Positions 7,574 to 16,400 of a stretch of DNA of 64,000 nt are shown in pieces. The position numbers were made by a program, and so were the translations under genes. Below the pieces are notes generated by a model. It was not told where the DNA came from, did no database searches, and saw only the letters and a list, made by a program, of their open reading frames with translations. Origin of the DNA: an uncultured Clostridia bacterium. Lineage in GTDB: Bacteria > Bacillota > Clostridia > Christensenellales > UBA3700. Positions within the stretch are counted from its first letter, which is position 1. Each line of letters opens with the position of its first letter. The stretch lies in the NCBI GenBank assembly GCA_944381275.1, contig CALWKO010000001.1, forward strand, positions 25,342-89,341, read 5' to 3'.

Positions 7574-9311
7574 TTTCCGTCTCCTTTCCCGTTGACAATT
7601 TTACGATAAATTCAGACCCCTTCCCTTCTTCACTCTGCAAATTGATCTCCCCGCCGTGCATGTTCACGACGATGTGCTTGACGATGGCAAGTCCCAGACC
7701 CGTGCTCAGCTCTTCGTTGCGCGTGTGCGCCTTGTCCGCCTTGAAGAAGCGTTCAAAGACGCGCGGCTTGTCCTCGTCGGAGATGCCTATGCCGTTATCC
7801 TTCACGCTGATATAGGCGTGCCCGCCGTCTTCACGCACGCTCACCCATACGCTTCCGCCCTCGCGGTTATATTTTACCGCGTTGCTCACCAGGTTGGTGA
7901 TGGCAGTGGTCATCATCTTGGGGTATACTTCCGCCGTGGCGCTGCCTTCGCAATGTATGGTCACGCCCGCGCTCTGCGCCGCGCCGCTCATGTCCTCACA
8001 GATGGTGCGGCAGATCTCGCCGAGATCGACCTGCTCTTTTTCCTCGTTGACGATGTGCGCGTCCAGCCTGCTCATGTAGAGCATGTCGTTGATGAGCACG
8101 CTCATCTTTTCCGCACTCGATTGAATTTCCTGCACGCACCTGTCTATATTCTTCTTGCTCTGCCCGGGGAGAGTGAGCAGTTCGGAATAGCCCTTGATAA
8201 CGGTGAGCGGAGTTTTGAGTTCGTGGGAAGCGTTGGCGAAAAATTCGCTCCTGATGTCCGCCGAACGGCTCTCCTGAGTGATGTCGGTGAAGGTGAGCAG
8301 GAGGGAGAAGGTGTTGTACGATTCAAACCACGAACCGCTCGCCACCACCGTTTCCACCCTGTAAACGCTGCCCTCGCGCCTAAATTCGCAGCCGTCCTTA
8401 ACGCCGCTCTCCTGAGTGCGCGCCACGGCGGCGAGGACGTTTTCGTCCTGAATCACGTCTTCCAGCCTAAGATTGGAGATATTGCCCTGTATCCCCAAAA
8501 TGCGCAGAACGGCGTTGTTATAAGTGAGCACGGCGCGGGTATCGGAGAGGGCGATTATCCCCTGCCCTATGTTTTCAAGCAAGAACGCCGCTTTGCGCTG
8601 TTCGTACTTGATGGAACTCAAAGTGGCGGATATGTTCTGGCTTATGTCGCTTATCTGACTGACTATGCCGCGGAACTCGTCGTAATCGGTGCTGAACGCA
8701 ATGCCGTGGAAGTTGCCGTTGTTGATGTCCTCCAAGCCCTTTTGGACGGCGATGAGCGGACGCATGGAGCGCTTTAAATTGAGGTTGGTAATGCCCATGG
8801 CGAGCAAAATCAGCAGGAGCGCCACGGCGATAGAACTGCCGAAGAATATCCAAAAGTTGTCCGACGCCCAGTCCGCAGGCATCAGGCTGCGCAGGTATAT
8901 TCTGCCGTTGCTGTCGATATTCGATTCCACGTTAACGCGCACGGTGAGCGATTGCATGGTTATGCCGTCGTACTTCACCGTGTTGAACACCTCACCGCCC
9001 GAAGCCGCCGTTTGAAGGTCGCCCAAGTTCACGTCCTCCGGCGGGGGCGCGTTGGATGCGATGAGGTTGCCGTCACTGCTGTAAATGAATATTATTACCG
9101 AGCGCGTGGGGAACATATTCACGCTCCGCTCCAGCTCGTAGACGTAGTCCATCTGCTCGAGCTGACGGGCGTATTGCGTGGAAAAATTGCTCTGCGTGCT
9201 GCGCATAGTAAGATAACTCGCCAGCAGGTATCCCCCGCAGGCGAGCAAAATTACGAGCATAAGCGTTACGCTTAATGTGACTAATATCTGGCGCGACAGC
9301 TTGCTGCGCAT
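7539..9311 (-). CDS. Sensor histidine kinase (2 TM helices, extracytoplasmic domain, HAMP, PAS-like, HisKA, HATPase_c)
   Basis: H-box FFANASHELKTPLTVIKGY, N-box NLVSNAVKYN, G-boxes DNGIGI and GLGLAIV. Confidence 0.9.
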   Translation of the reverse strand: MRSKLSRQILVTLSVTLMLVILLACGGYLLASYLTMRSTQSNFSTQYARQLEQMDYVYELERSVNMFPTRSVIIFIYSSDGNLIASNAPPPEDVNLGDLQTAASGGEVFNTVKYDGITMQSLTVRVNVESNIDSNGRIYLRSLMPADWASDNFWIFFGSSIAVALLLILLAMGITNLNLKRSMRPLIAVQKGLEDINNGNFHGIAFSTDYDEFRGIVSQISDISQNISATLSSIKYEQRKAAFLLENIGQGIIALSDTRAVLTYNNAVLRILGIQGNISNLRLEDVIQDENVLAAVARTQESGVKDGCEFRREGSVYRVETVVASGSWFESYNTFSLLLTFTDITQESRSADIRSEFFANASHELKTPLTVIKGYSELLTLPGQSKKNIDRCVQEIQSSAEKMSVLINDMLYMSRLDAHIVNEEKEQVDLGEICRTICEDMSGAAQSAGVTIHCEGSATAEVYPKMMTTAITNLVSNAVKYNREGGSVWVSVREDGGHAYISVKDNGIGISDEDKPRVFERFFKADKAHTRNEELSTGLGLAIVKHIVVNMHGGEINLQSEEGKGSEFIVKLSTGKETENDIPDETQTGN

Positions 9312-9314
9312 TTA

Positions 9315-10010
9315 TCAGTTTCCCGATTTAGAGAATTTGTAGCCCACGCCCCTGACCGTGTGAATGTACTGCACAGGCGTGAATTGCGCTATCTTGCTGC
9401 GCAGCGATTTGATGTGCATATCGAGCGTGCGCGTTTCACCCACATAGTCGTAATCCCATACGGCGCTCAAAATCTTTTCCCTGGTGACCACGTTGTTGCA
9501 CTTTTCCATGAGCAATTTGAGCAGCTTGTACTCCTTGAGCGTGAGCTGGACATGATGCCCCGCCACGGTGACTTCGTGCTCGCTGTTATTTATCGTGATC
9601 TCGCCGATGGAGATTATCTCCCCTCCGCCCATGGCGGATTTGCGGATGTTCGCCCTTACGCGGGCGATGAGCTCGAGCATGCCGAAAGGCTTGGCAATGT
9701 AATCGTCAGCGCCCAAATTGAGCCCCTCGACCTTGTCCCTTTCGTCGCCCTTGGCGCTTACTATGATCACGGGGATGGACTTGGTGCTCTCCGTCGCCTT
9801 TAAAATTTTGAGCGCGTCTAAGCCGTTCATTCCGGGCAGCATCAGGTCGAGCATGATGATGTCGCACGTTTCGCCCTTTTCAAAGGCGTCGAACATCGCC
9901 TCCGCCTTGTCGAAGCGCACGACCTCGAACTCGTCATTGGTGAGTGCTATTTCGTAAAGACCGCTTATTTTTACGTCATCTTCCACTACGAAAATTTTGT
10001 GCTTGTTCAT
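9315..10010 (-). CDS. OmpR/PhoB-family response regulator (canonical receiver)
   Basis: The receiver has FVVEDD, IIMLDLMLPGMNG, VIIVSAKG and DDYIAKPF. The winged-helix C-terminus has LTLKEYKLLKLLM...TRTLDMHIKSLRSKI...IHTVRGVGYKF. Confidence 0.9.
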   Translation of the reverse strand: MNKHKIFVVEDDVKISGLYEIALTNDEFEVVRFDKAEAMFDAFEKGETCDIIMLDLMLPGMNGLDALKILKATESTKSIPVIIVSAKGDERDKVEGLNLGADDYIAKPFGMLELIARVRANIRKSAMGGGEIISIGEITINNSEHEVTVAGHHVQLTLKEYKLLKLLMEKCNNVVTREKILSAVWDYDYVGETRTLDMHIKSLRSKIAQFTPVQYIHTVRGVGYKFSKSGN

Positions 10011-10037
10011 TGCTATGCCTCCTTGTGAGCTGTTTAC

Positions 10038-10065
10038 ATTATAACATCAATTTTGCGGTATGTAA
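10038..10065 (-). promoter_or_regulatory. Candidate extended -10 promoter of the RR-HK(-manA) unit
   Basis: The minus strand reads TTACAT (10065-10060), 16 nt, then TGtTATAAT (-10 at 10043-10038). AAGGAGG follows, then the ATG at 10010. The TTACAT/ATGTAA motif recurs three times in this AT-rich region. Confidence 0.45.
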
Positions 10066-10298
10066 ATTACATTTTTATATTTCTTACAAAAATTATACAA
10101 TTTATTTACCGATGTGGTGTTATTTACATATAATGGCAATATTTTGACTAAAATGAACTTTATTTTTTAAGTTTTTCTTTGTGATAAGTGTGGAAAAATG
10201 TTGCAATAAAAAGTTTACCTTATAATTCAAGCCGCATAATTCAAGCCGCGCATTTTACGCCCCGCTTTAAGAGCGGAGCGCAAAATGCCGCCGATACT

Positions 10299-11963
10299 TT
10301 ACTTTTCTATTTCAAAGACAGCCGCCTCGTAAGGGCGCAGATCAAGCTCCGCGGAGAGCGTGCTGCCGCCGTAGTTGGATATTACCGCCCTGCCTTTTGC
10401 AAGGTTTGCGGGCAAGGAGTAAGTCGCCTTCTTGTTTTTAAAATTCGCCACCACGAGCAGGGTCTTTCCTCCGCAGCTTCTGGTATAGCCGAATACGCTG
10501 TTATTAGTCAGATCGAGCGGGACGAAGTCGCCGTTTTTGATTATTTCGTTGCCTATTCTAAAAGCATGCAGGCGCTTGTAGAAGGCGAAGATGGACTTCT
10601 CGCCCGCCTTTAAGTCCGCTTCTACGTTGATGGTCTTATACGACGGGTTGAGCATCATCCACGGCTTGCCCGAGGTGAAGCCCGCGTTTTCGCCCGCCGT
10701 CCACTGCATGGGCGTGCGCGCATGGTCGCGCGCCCTCTTTGCAAGGCAAGCGCGCGCTATCGCCTTGCCGAAGGGGATTTTGCTCGCAATCGAGAACACC
10801 TGGCGCGCCATTACGTCGAGGTAGTCTTCGTCGCGGAATTTGCAATTCACCATGCCTATCTCCTGCCCCTGATAGACGAAGGGGGTGCCCTTTTGCATCT
10901 GCATAGCCACGGCGAGCATGGTTGCCGCCTCGTAACGATTATCGCCGTAATCGCCCGTGAATCTGCCCAGCGAGCGCGGCTGATCGTGGTTTTCCAAAAA
11001 CAGGGTGTTCCAGCACCCTTCCGGCAGAGTCTGCCACTTAGAGAGCACCTTGGTAAATCGGCTCAATTTGAACTTGTGAGGAATTACTTCCATATACATG
11101 TCCGTGCACATGTGCTCGAAGCCGAAGATGGTGTCCAGCTCCTGCCGCTTTTCCGCTATGCAGTCGGGAGCTTTTTCGAAGGTGATACCCGTGGATTCGC
11201 CCACGGTATAGGAATCGTACTTAGACCAGGAATTTTGATTGAGCTCATGGATAAATTCGTGATACCTGGGACCCACCACAAAGTGCTCGTCGCCGCACAT
11301 GATGGGGTTGAACTTGCCGTTGGGCAGTCCCTTCTCCTTCGAGATGTAAGTTATCACGTCACAGCGGAAGCCGTCCACTCCCTTATCCATCCAAAAGTTG
11401 CATATATCGGCAATTTCCTTGCGCACGGCGGGGTTTTCCCAATTGAGGTCGGGCTGTTTTTTGCTGAATAGGTGCAGGTACCATTCGCCCGTTTTTTCAT
11501 CGTACTGCCAGGCGCTGCCGCCGAAGCGGGACGTCCAATTGTTGGGCGGCTTTTTGCCGTTCTTGCCCCTGCCCTTGCGCCAGATGTAGTAGTCGCGGTA
11601 GGGGTTGTCCTTAGAGGAGCGGCTTTGCACAAACCATTCGTGCTCGTCGGAGGTGTGGTTCGCCACCAGGTCCATGATGAGCTTTATGCCGCGCTCGTGC
11701 ATGCCCTTGAGCATCTCGTCGAAGTCCGCCATGGTGCCGAATTCGTCCATTATATCGCGATAATTGCTTATGTCGTAGCCGTTGTCGTCGTTGGGCGACT
11801 TGTAGATGGGGGAAAGCCACACGGCGTTTACGCCCAAATCCTTGATGTAATCCAGCTTGGAGATGATGCCGCGAAGATCGCCTATGCCGTCCCCGTTTGA
11901 ATCGCAAAAACTGCGCGGATAGATCTGATATACCACCGCGTCTTTGTACCATCTGCTTTTCAT
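10299..11963 (-). CDS. GH13 alpha-glucosidase / oligo-1,6-glucosidase family enzyme
   Basis: WYKDAVVYQIYPRSFCDSNGDGIGDLRGI...GVNAVWLSPIYKSPNDDNGYDISNY...LIMDLVANHTSDEHEWF...GVDGFRCDV...ENHDQPR. All GH13 conserved regions are visible. Confidence 0.9.
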   Translation of the reverse strand: MKSRWYKDAVVYQIYPRSFCDSNGDGIGDLRGIISKLDYIKDLGVNAVWLSPIYKSPNDDNGYDISNYRDIMDEFGTMADFDEMLKGMHERGIKLIMDLVANHTSDEHEWFVQSRSSKDNPYRDYYIWRKGRGKNGKKPPNNWTSRFGGSAWQYDEKTGEWYLHLFSKKQPDLNWENPAVRKEIADICNFWMDKGVDGFRCDVITYISKEKGLPNGKFNPIMCGDEHFVVGPRYHEFIHELNQNSWSKYDSYTVGESTGITFEKAPDCIAEKRQELDTIFGFEHMCTDMYMEVIPHKFKLSRFTKVLSKWQTLPEGCWNTLFLENHDQPRSLGRFTGDYGDNRYEAATMLAVAMQMQKGTPFVYQGQEIGMVNCKFRDEDYLDVMARQVFSIASKIPFGKAIARACLAKRARDHARTPMQWTAGENAGFTSGKPWMMLNPSYKTINVEADLKAGEKSIFAFYKRLHAFRIGNEIIKNGDFVPLDLTNNSVFGYTRSCGGKTLLVVANFKNKKATYSLPANLAKGRAVISNYGGSTLSAELDLRPYEAAVFEIEK

Positions 11964-12790
11964 ATTTCCTCCCTTTCGCCGCCCCGAGGCTGATCATCCT
12001 TGGGGACGACGTAATATCTTGTGGAAGCAAAGGTGAGCACATACGCGCCCTTTGCGCCCGCTCTTTTTGCAACTTTGGCGATCGCGCTCGCCGTGGCGCC
12101 CGTGGTGAGCACGTCGTCCACGATGAGCACCCGCGCACCCTTCAATCGACGCGCGTTCTCGCCCTTTTCATATACGCCGAGCACGTTTTCTTCCCTCTCT
12201 AAGCCCTTCAAGCCGGCTTGCGCCTTGTTGTCCTTGCCCTTTACCACCGCGTTATAGACGACGGGCAGGTGAAGGCGCTTGCTCAGCAGTTCCGCCAGCA
12301 CGGCGATATGGTCGTAGCCGCGCTCCTTAATTCGCTCGGCGGAGGAAGGTGAGGGGACTATCGCCGTGCAGCTCATGCCCTTGGCATAATAAAGCTCCGC
12401 CATGTCTTCCGCCATTTGACGGGCATAGAACGGCTCTTTTGCGTACTTAAAGCGGGTTATCATCATGCGCGCGGCGCCTTCGTAGACAAAGCAGGAAAAC
12501 GCCCTGTCGAAGTGGCGCTCATGCTCGCGGCAGGTTTCGCAATAGCTTTCCTCTGCGATGAGGGGCCGACCGCACTTTTCGCATGCCCTGCCGATTATGG
12601 GCGTTATTTTACCCTTGCACTCGCCGCACAAGCCCGCATAATCGAAGGACTCCTGCTCATTGGAGCAGATCAAACATCTGCCGCGAGCGGGAGAGATAAC
12701 GGAAAACGAGGAGAAAAACGCGTACCGCTTTGCCCACTTTATTGCATGGCGCAGCCGCCTTTTCTCCTTCGTTTGCCCTTTCATATTCAT
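11960..12790 (-). CDS. comFC: ComF-family protein (ComFC-type, zinc-ribbon plus phosphoribosyltransferase fold)
   Basis: Paired CxxC zinc-ribbon motifs (CLICS...CGEC, CEKCGRPL...CETC) and the PRT motif VLIVDDVLTTGAT. It overlaps the GH13 start by 4 nt. Confidence 0.8.
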   Translation of the reverse strand: MNMKGQTKEKRRLRHAIKWAKRYAFFSSFSVISPARGRCLICSNEQESFDYAGLCGECKGKITPIIGRACEKCGRPLIAEESYCETCREHERHFDRAFSCFVYEGAARMMITRFKYAKEPFYARQMAEDMAELYYAKGMSCTAIVPSPSSAERIKERGYDHIAVLAELLSKRLHLPVVYNAVVKGKDNKAQAGLKGLEREENVLGVYEKGENARRLKGARVLIVDDVLTTGATASAIAKVAKRAGAKGAYVLTFASTRYYVVPKDDQPRGGEREEI

Positions 12791-12854
12791 ATTATATCAC
12801 ACAAAACCATTGTTGTAAATGAGGAAATTAAAATCGCGCTTACATCCTTTTGCC

Positions 12855-12886
12855 TAAAAAAAGAGCACATCGAATTCGATGTGCTC
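12855..12886 (-). terminator. Strong rho-independent terminator closing the giant operon
   Basis: On the minus strand, GAGCACATCG-AATT-CGATGTGCTC is followed by TTTTTTT. A second hairpin (AGGACGGAT..ATCCGTCCT, 12900-12920) lies just upstream of it. Confidence 0.85.
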
Positions 12887-12924
12887 CCATTGGGGGAAGA
12901 GGACGGATTAGATCCGTCCTAATG

Positions 12925-13452
12925 TCAGTAGTTGTAAACGGCGCTTATGGCGACGTTGAAGTTGGAAGAATTACCCACATAGGTGTAGGTGATATCCACC
13001 GCAGATGCCCTCATAGTAACGGTATCGATGGTAGCGGTGATGGCGCCGCTGTTGTACATCATACCCTGTGTGCCGAGGAAGGAGTTGGGGTTGCTTATAC
13101 TGCCGCTCAAAGTGGCGGAACCTTCGGCAAAAGAAAGGGTCGTATCGGAGAAGTTCAGCGAATCGTAATTAAACGTGCTGCCGCCGTTCATATCGGGCAC
13201 AAAACCCGACACTACGCCCTGGATTTCCGCGGGCACGTCGGCAGCTTCGGGATAGGAATAAATGACGGTGTTGGTGCTGCTGTCCGTCACGGTGACGGTG
13301 ACGTCGGCGACGCCGACGCCGGACGAAGTCTGAGCGAGCACATTAAATGCGTCGTTTACGGTCATCTCCTCCTCGATGCACGCCGCCGCAAACACGACGA
13401 CGGCGCACAGGATAAGTGCGATAGCAATTATTGCCGATTTCTTTTTAGTCAT
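12925..13452 (-). CDS. Small secreted or lipid-anchored protein (175 aa), S/T/N-rich, family unknown
   Basis: The signal peptide MTKKKSAIIAIALILCAVVVFAAAC has a lipobox-like AAAC. Its ATG (13452-13450) overlaps the last codons of the 4,332-aa gene (AATGACTAA). I trimmed the track ORF (which begins at 13494) to this start. Confidence 0.7.
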   Translation of the reverse strand: MTKKKSAIIAIALILCAVVVFAAACIEEEMTVNDAFNVLAQTSSGVGVADVTVTVTDSSTNTVIYSYPEAADVPAEIQGVVSGFVPDMNGGSTFNYDSLNFSDTTLSFAEGSATLSGSISNPNSFLGTQGMMYNSGAITATIDTVTMRASAVDITYTYVGNSSNFNVAISAVYNY

Positions 13453-16400
13453 TGAGGTCATCCTCCTTATTCTTCCTTTTGCGTGCCGCGGCAAAGATGA
13501 GCCCTATGCCGAGCACAGGCATTGCCACGCCGCCTGCAACCACGCCTGCGGTGGCAGCCGCGCTAGCGCCGCTCGCCTTGCCTGCAGCCTTCTCTGCCGC
13601 GCTCACCGCGGAGTCGATTGCCGCCTGCAAGTCTTCTACATACTTTGCCTTGGCTTCTTCCACTTCGGCAAGAGCCGCGTCTATCTCATCGCCCCTCGCC
13701 GCCAAGTCGCCGCTGCTGACCGCGGATATGCTCTGCAGCAGTTCGGAATATCTGGCAAAGCCGGTGACGTTGAAGCCGGACGCCAGGTCTTCCGCCTCCG
13801 CGATTATCGCATCCACGTCTGCGGTGGTGGTGCCGCTAAGCGCTACGGAGAGCGGATACTCGTTCACGCCTTCGTGCGCATAGTTGTCGTCGTTGATCCT
13901 GAGCATGATGCTGAATGCATGCTCGGATTCCAAGTCGCTTATCGTGTTGTCGCCCTTGACCGCCTCATACCAGGTGCTGCCGCCGTCTACGGAGTATTCG
14001 TAGCTGTTGGGCGCGCCCTTGATGTTGAAGGTCACGGAAGTGCTGTTCACGGAAGTTATCGTTGCGGTTACGCCTTGGGCGGCAACTTCCGCTTCCGCTT
14101 CGCTCACGGTGACTTTAGAGTCAACATCGCCGCTCGCTTGACTGCTTATCTCGCCCTGGGTGGTGATACCATTGTAGGAGCATTCAAAGACGAGGTAGAG
14201 GTAGTAGTCGCCCGCGTTCAGCGCGCCGAGCCCTGTGAAGGGGACCGCGAAACCGCTGCCCGTCATGTTGGACGAATTGATGGTTATTTGTTCAGGAACG
14301 CCCAGCTGCGCCACGGTTTTGCCGCTGCCGTCCACAATCCTGGAGGAGCTGCCCGTGGAGAATTTGACGGTAAGGCTGCCCTCCAGCGTCTGCGTTCCGA
14401 GCGAGTTGACTTCGAGCATAACCTTTAAGGAATCGGAGCCGTAGGTGATCGCGTCGGGAGCGGCAGCTATGCCCACGGAAGCGCCTATGCTGTATTCGCG
14501 GCCTTCGAGCTTGCCGGTATAGTTGCCCTTACCGACTATGTCGAATGTGTAATGACCGGTATACATGCCCGCGCCGTCTTTGCCAAAGTCTATCTCGAAG
14601 TCCTCGCCGAGCACGAGAGAGGTCGTCCTGTTATAGGTGACGATCACGTTGAGGTCGTCCTCACTAACGGGCACCGCCTCAACCTTGCCCTCGTTCACCC
14701 TCGTGCGGTAGTTGAACAGGTCGATATACGAGCTGCGGATGGTGGGATCATCATCATCAAGCGGGCGGCGGCTGATTTCAAATTCGGTTTCCACATCGAC
14801 TCTCGTCACGGAAGTGTTGGCGTTGGAGATACCCAAAGTTACCGTGTAAGTGCCCGCGTTGCGGAAGTTGCCCTGCAGCTGAGTCATATCGGCAACGCCG
14901 TTATTCACGTCGTAGCTGAAGTAGGAAGGCTCGGAGCTTTCCGTCTGCTTGTAAGTTACATTCACGGTGAAGGAAGGCACGGCGATGGTGTGAGTTACGC
15001 GGTTGTAGTCGGTCACCGAGATGGTGAGGGAGATGTTGGGCACGAGATCCAAGCCGTTATAGGTGCGCTCGGTTGTGCCCTTCACCGTCACGTTGGGGGT
15101 GATCTTCGGCGTAGGCGCTATCTTAAATGCGTACTCGATGGGTTTCATGCTGTAAGACGCGTTGTTGAAGGTCGCGCTCATCACATAATCGCCCACATAC
15201 ATCGCACTCGTGACGGGATCGCCGCCCGAGGTGATTGTGACTTGTACGTTATTGGTGATGGTCTCCTGCGCATAGTCCCTGTCCGGGGAGAGAGCTACCG
15301 TGCCGGTCAAGGCGCCGGATGCGTCTACCTTGTAAGGTACAATACTCAAGAAGCCCTTCAAGAAGGAGGCGGTGATGTTGGTGCCGTCGAAGTACCTGGT
15401 GAACACGTCGCCTTCCTTAGTGAACAATTTATCGTCGAGAGTGTTGCTCACAGCCACGAAGGGGGACTGACCGATGTTCACGTTGATGTCAAGCGTGGTG
15501 AGGTCGGCTTGGTTGCCGCTTGTATCCACGCCCACGGTGCTGCCCGCAGAGTCGATGAACTTATAGTTTGCCGCAAGCTGGTTGAGCGTGAGGTGGATGT
15601 TGTACTGCCCCACAGCCGCCAAGTTGCCGCTCGCGCCGTCGGTTTCGTCGATGCCGCCCACTTCGCTCAGCTCGCTCAGCTTGACGCCGCCCGCGTAAGC
15701 GCCGTAAGCCGTAAGTTTGCCGTTTTCATCTTGGCTATAGCTCGTGACGATGACGCGGTTGTTGTAGTCGAAGTTCCTGCCCGTGTAGATGGTGTAGTAT
15801 TCGTACCAACCCAGGTGCTGTTCGCCGCCGGGGGTATTTACGCCGGGGGCGGAAGTTTCTTTATAAGGCTCCATTTTGTCGACCGTGTAAGTGAGGTAGT
15901 CGAAGTAAATTCGGAGAATTGCTTTATCGATGACCAAGTTGACGGGTATGGTCAGCGTATTGCCTTCGCCCAAGCCGGTGACGGCATAGTTGGAGTTGTT
16001 GAGGGCGATGGTCACGCTGCCCGTGTAAGAGCCCGCGGAGGACACCGCTTCCTGCACATAGCCGCCGCTTGCGGATATATCGAAGATACCGTAAGTGCCG
16101 AGTCCCTGCCCGTTCACGCTTACGGCATTGTCCGCGCTTGTTGCGCCGTCACCGGTCACGGCAAGACCCGTCTCGCCGCCATAAGTGAGCTTCAAAGGTC
16201 CGAACGAGCTGCCGTTATACACCCTTTCAAAGGTGTAACCTTGGGCGGTAAGCGCAACGGGAGCCTGCCCGTCGATGTCGGAAGTAAGGGACACGCTCAC
16301 GTTTGCAAGGTCGAAGGTTACTTCCGCAGGCGTGACTTCGATATCCACATAGTAATCGGCGGCGATATAAGTATAGTTGTTATAATCGCTCCCGAAGTCG

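Noticed and set aside
13445-13600. A sortase (LPXTG-type) sorting signal at the C-terminus of the 4,332-aa protein.
   Set aside because: A hydrophobic segment and a basic tail are present, but the preceding 40 residues (…AAGKASGASAAATAGVVAGGVAMPVLG…) contain no LPXTG, NPQTN or similar motif. I therefore call it a C-terminal TM anchor.
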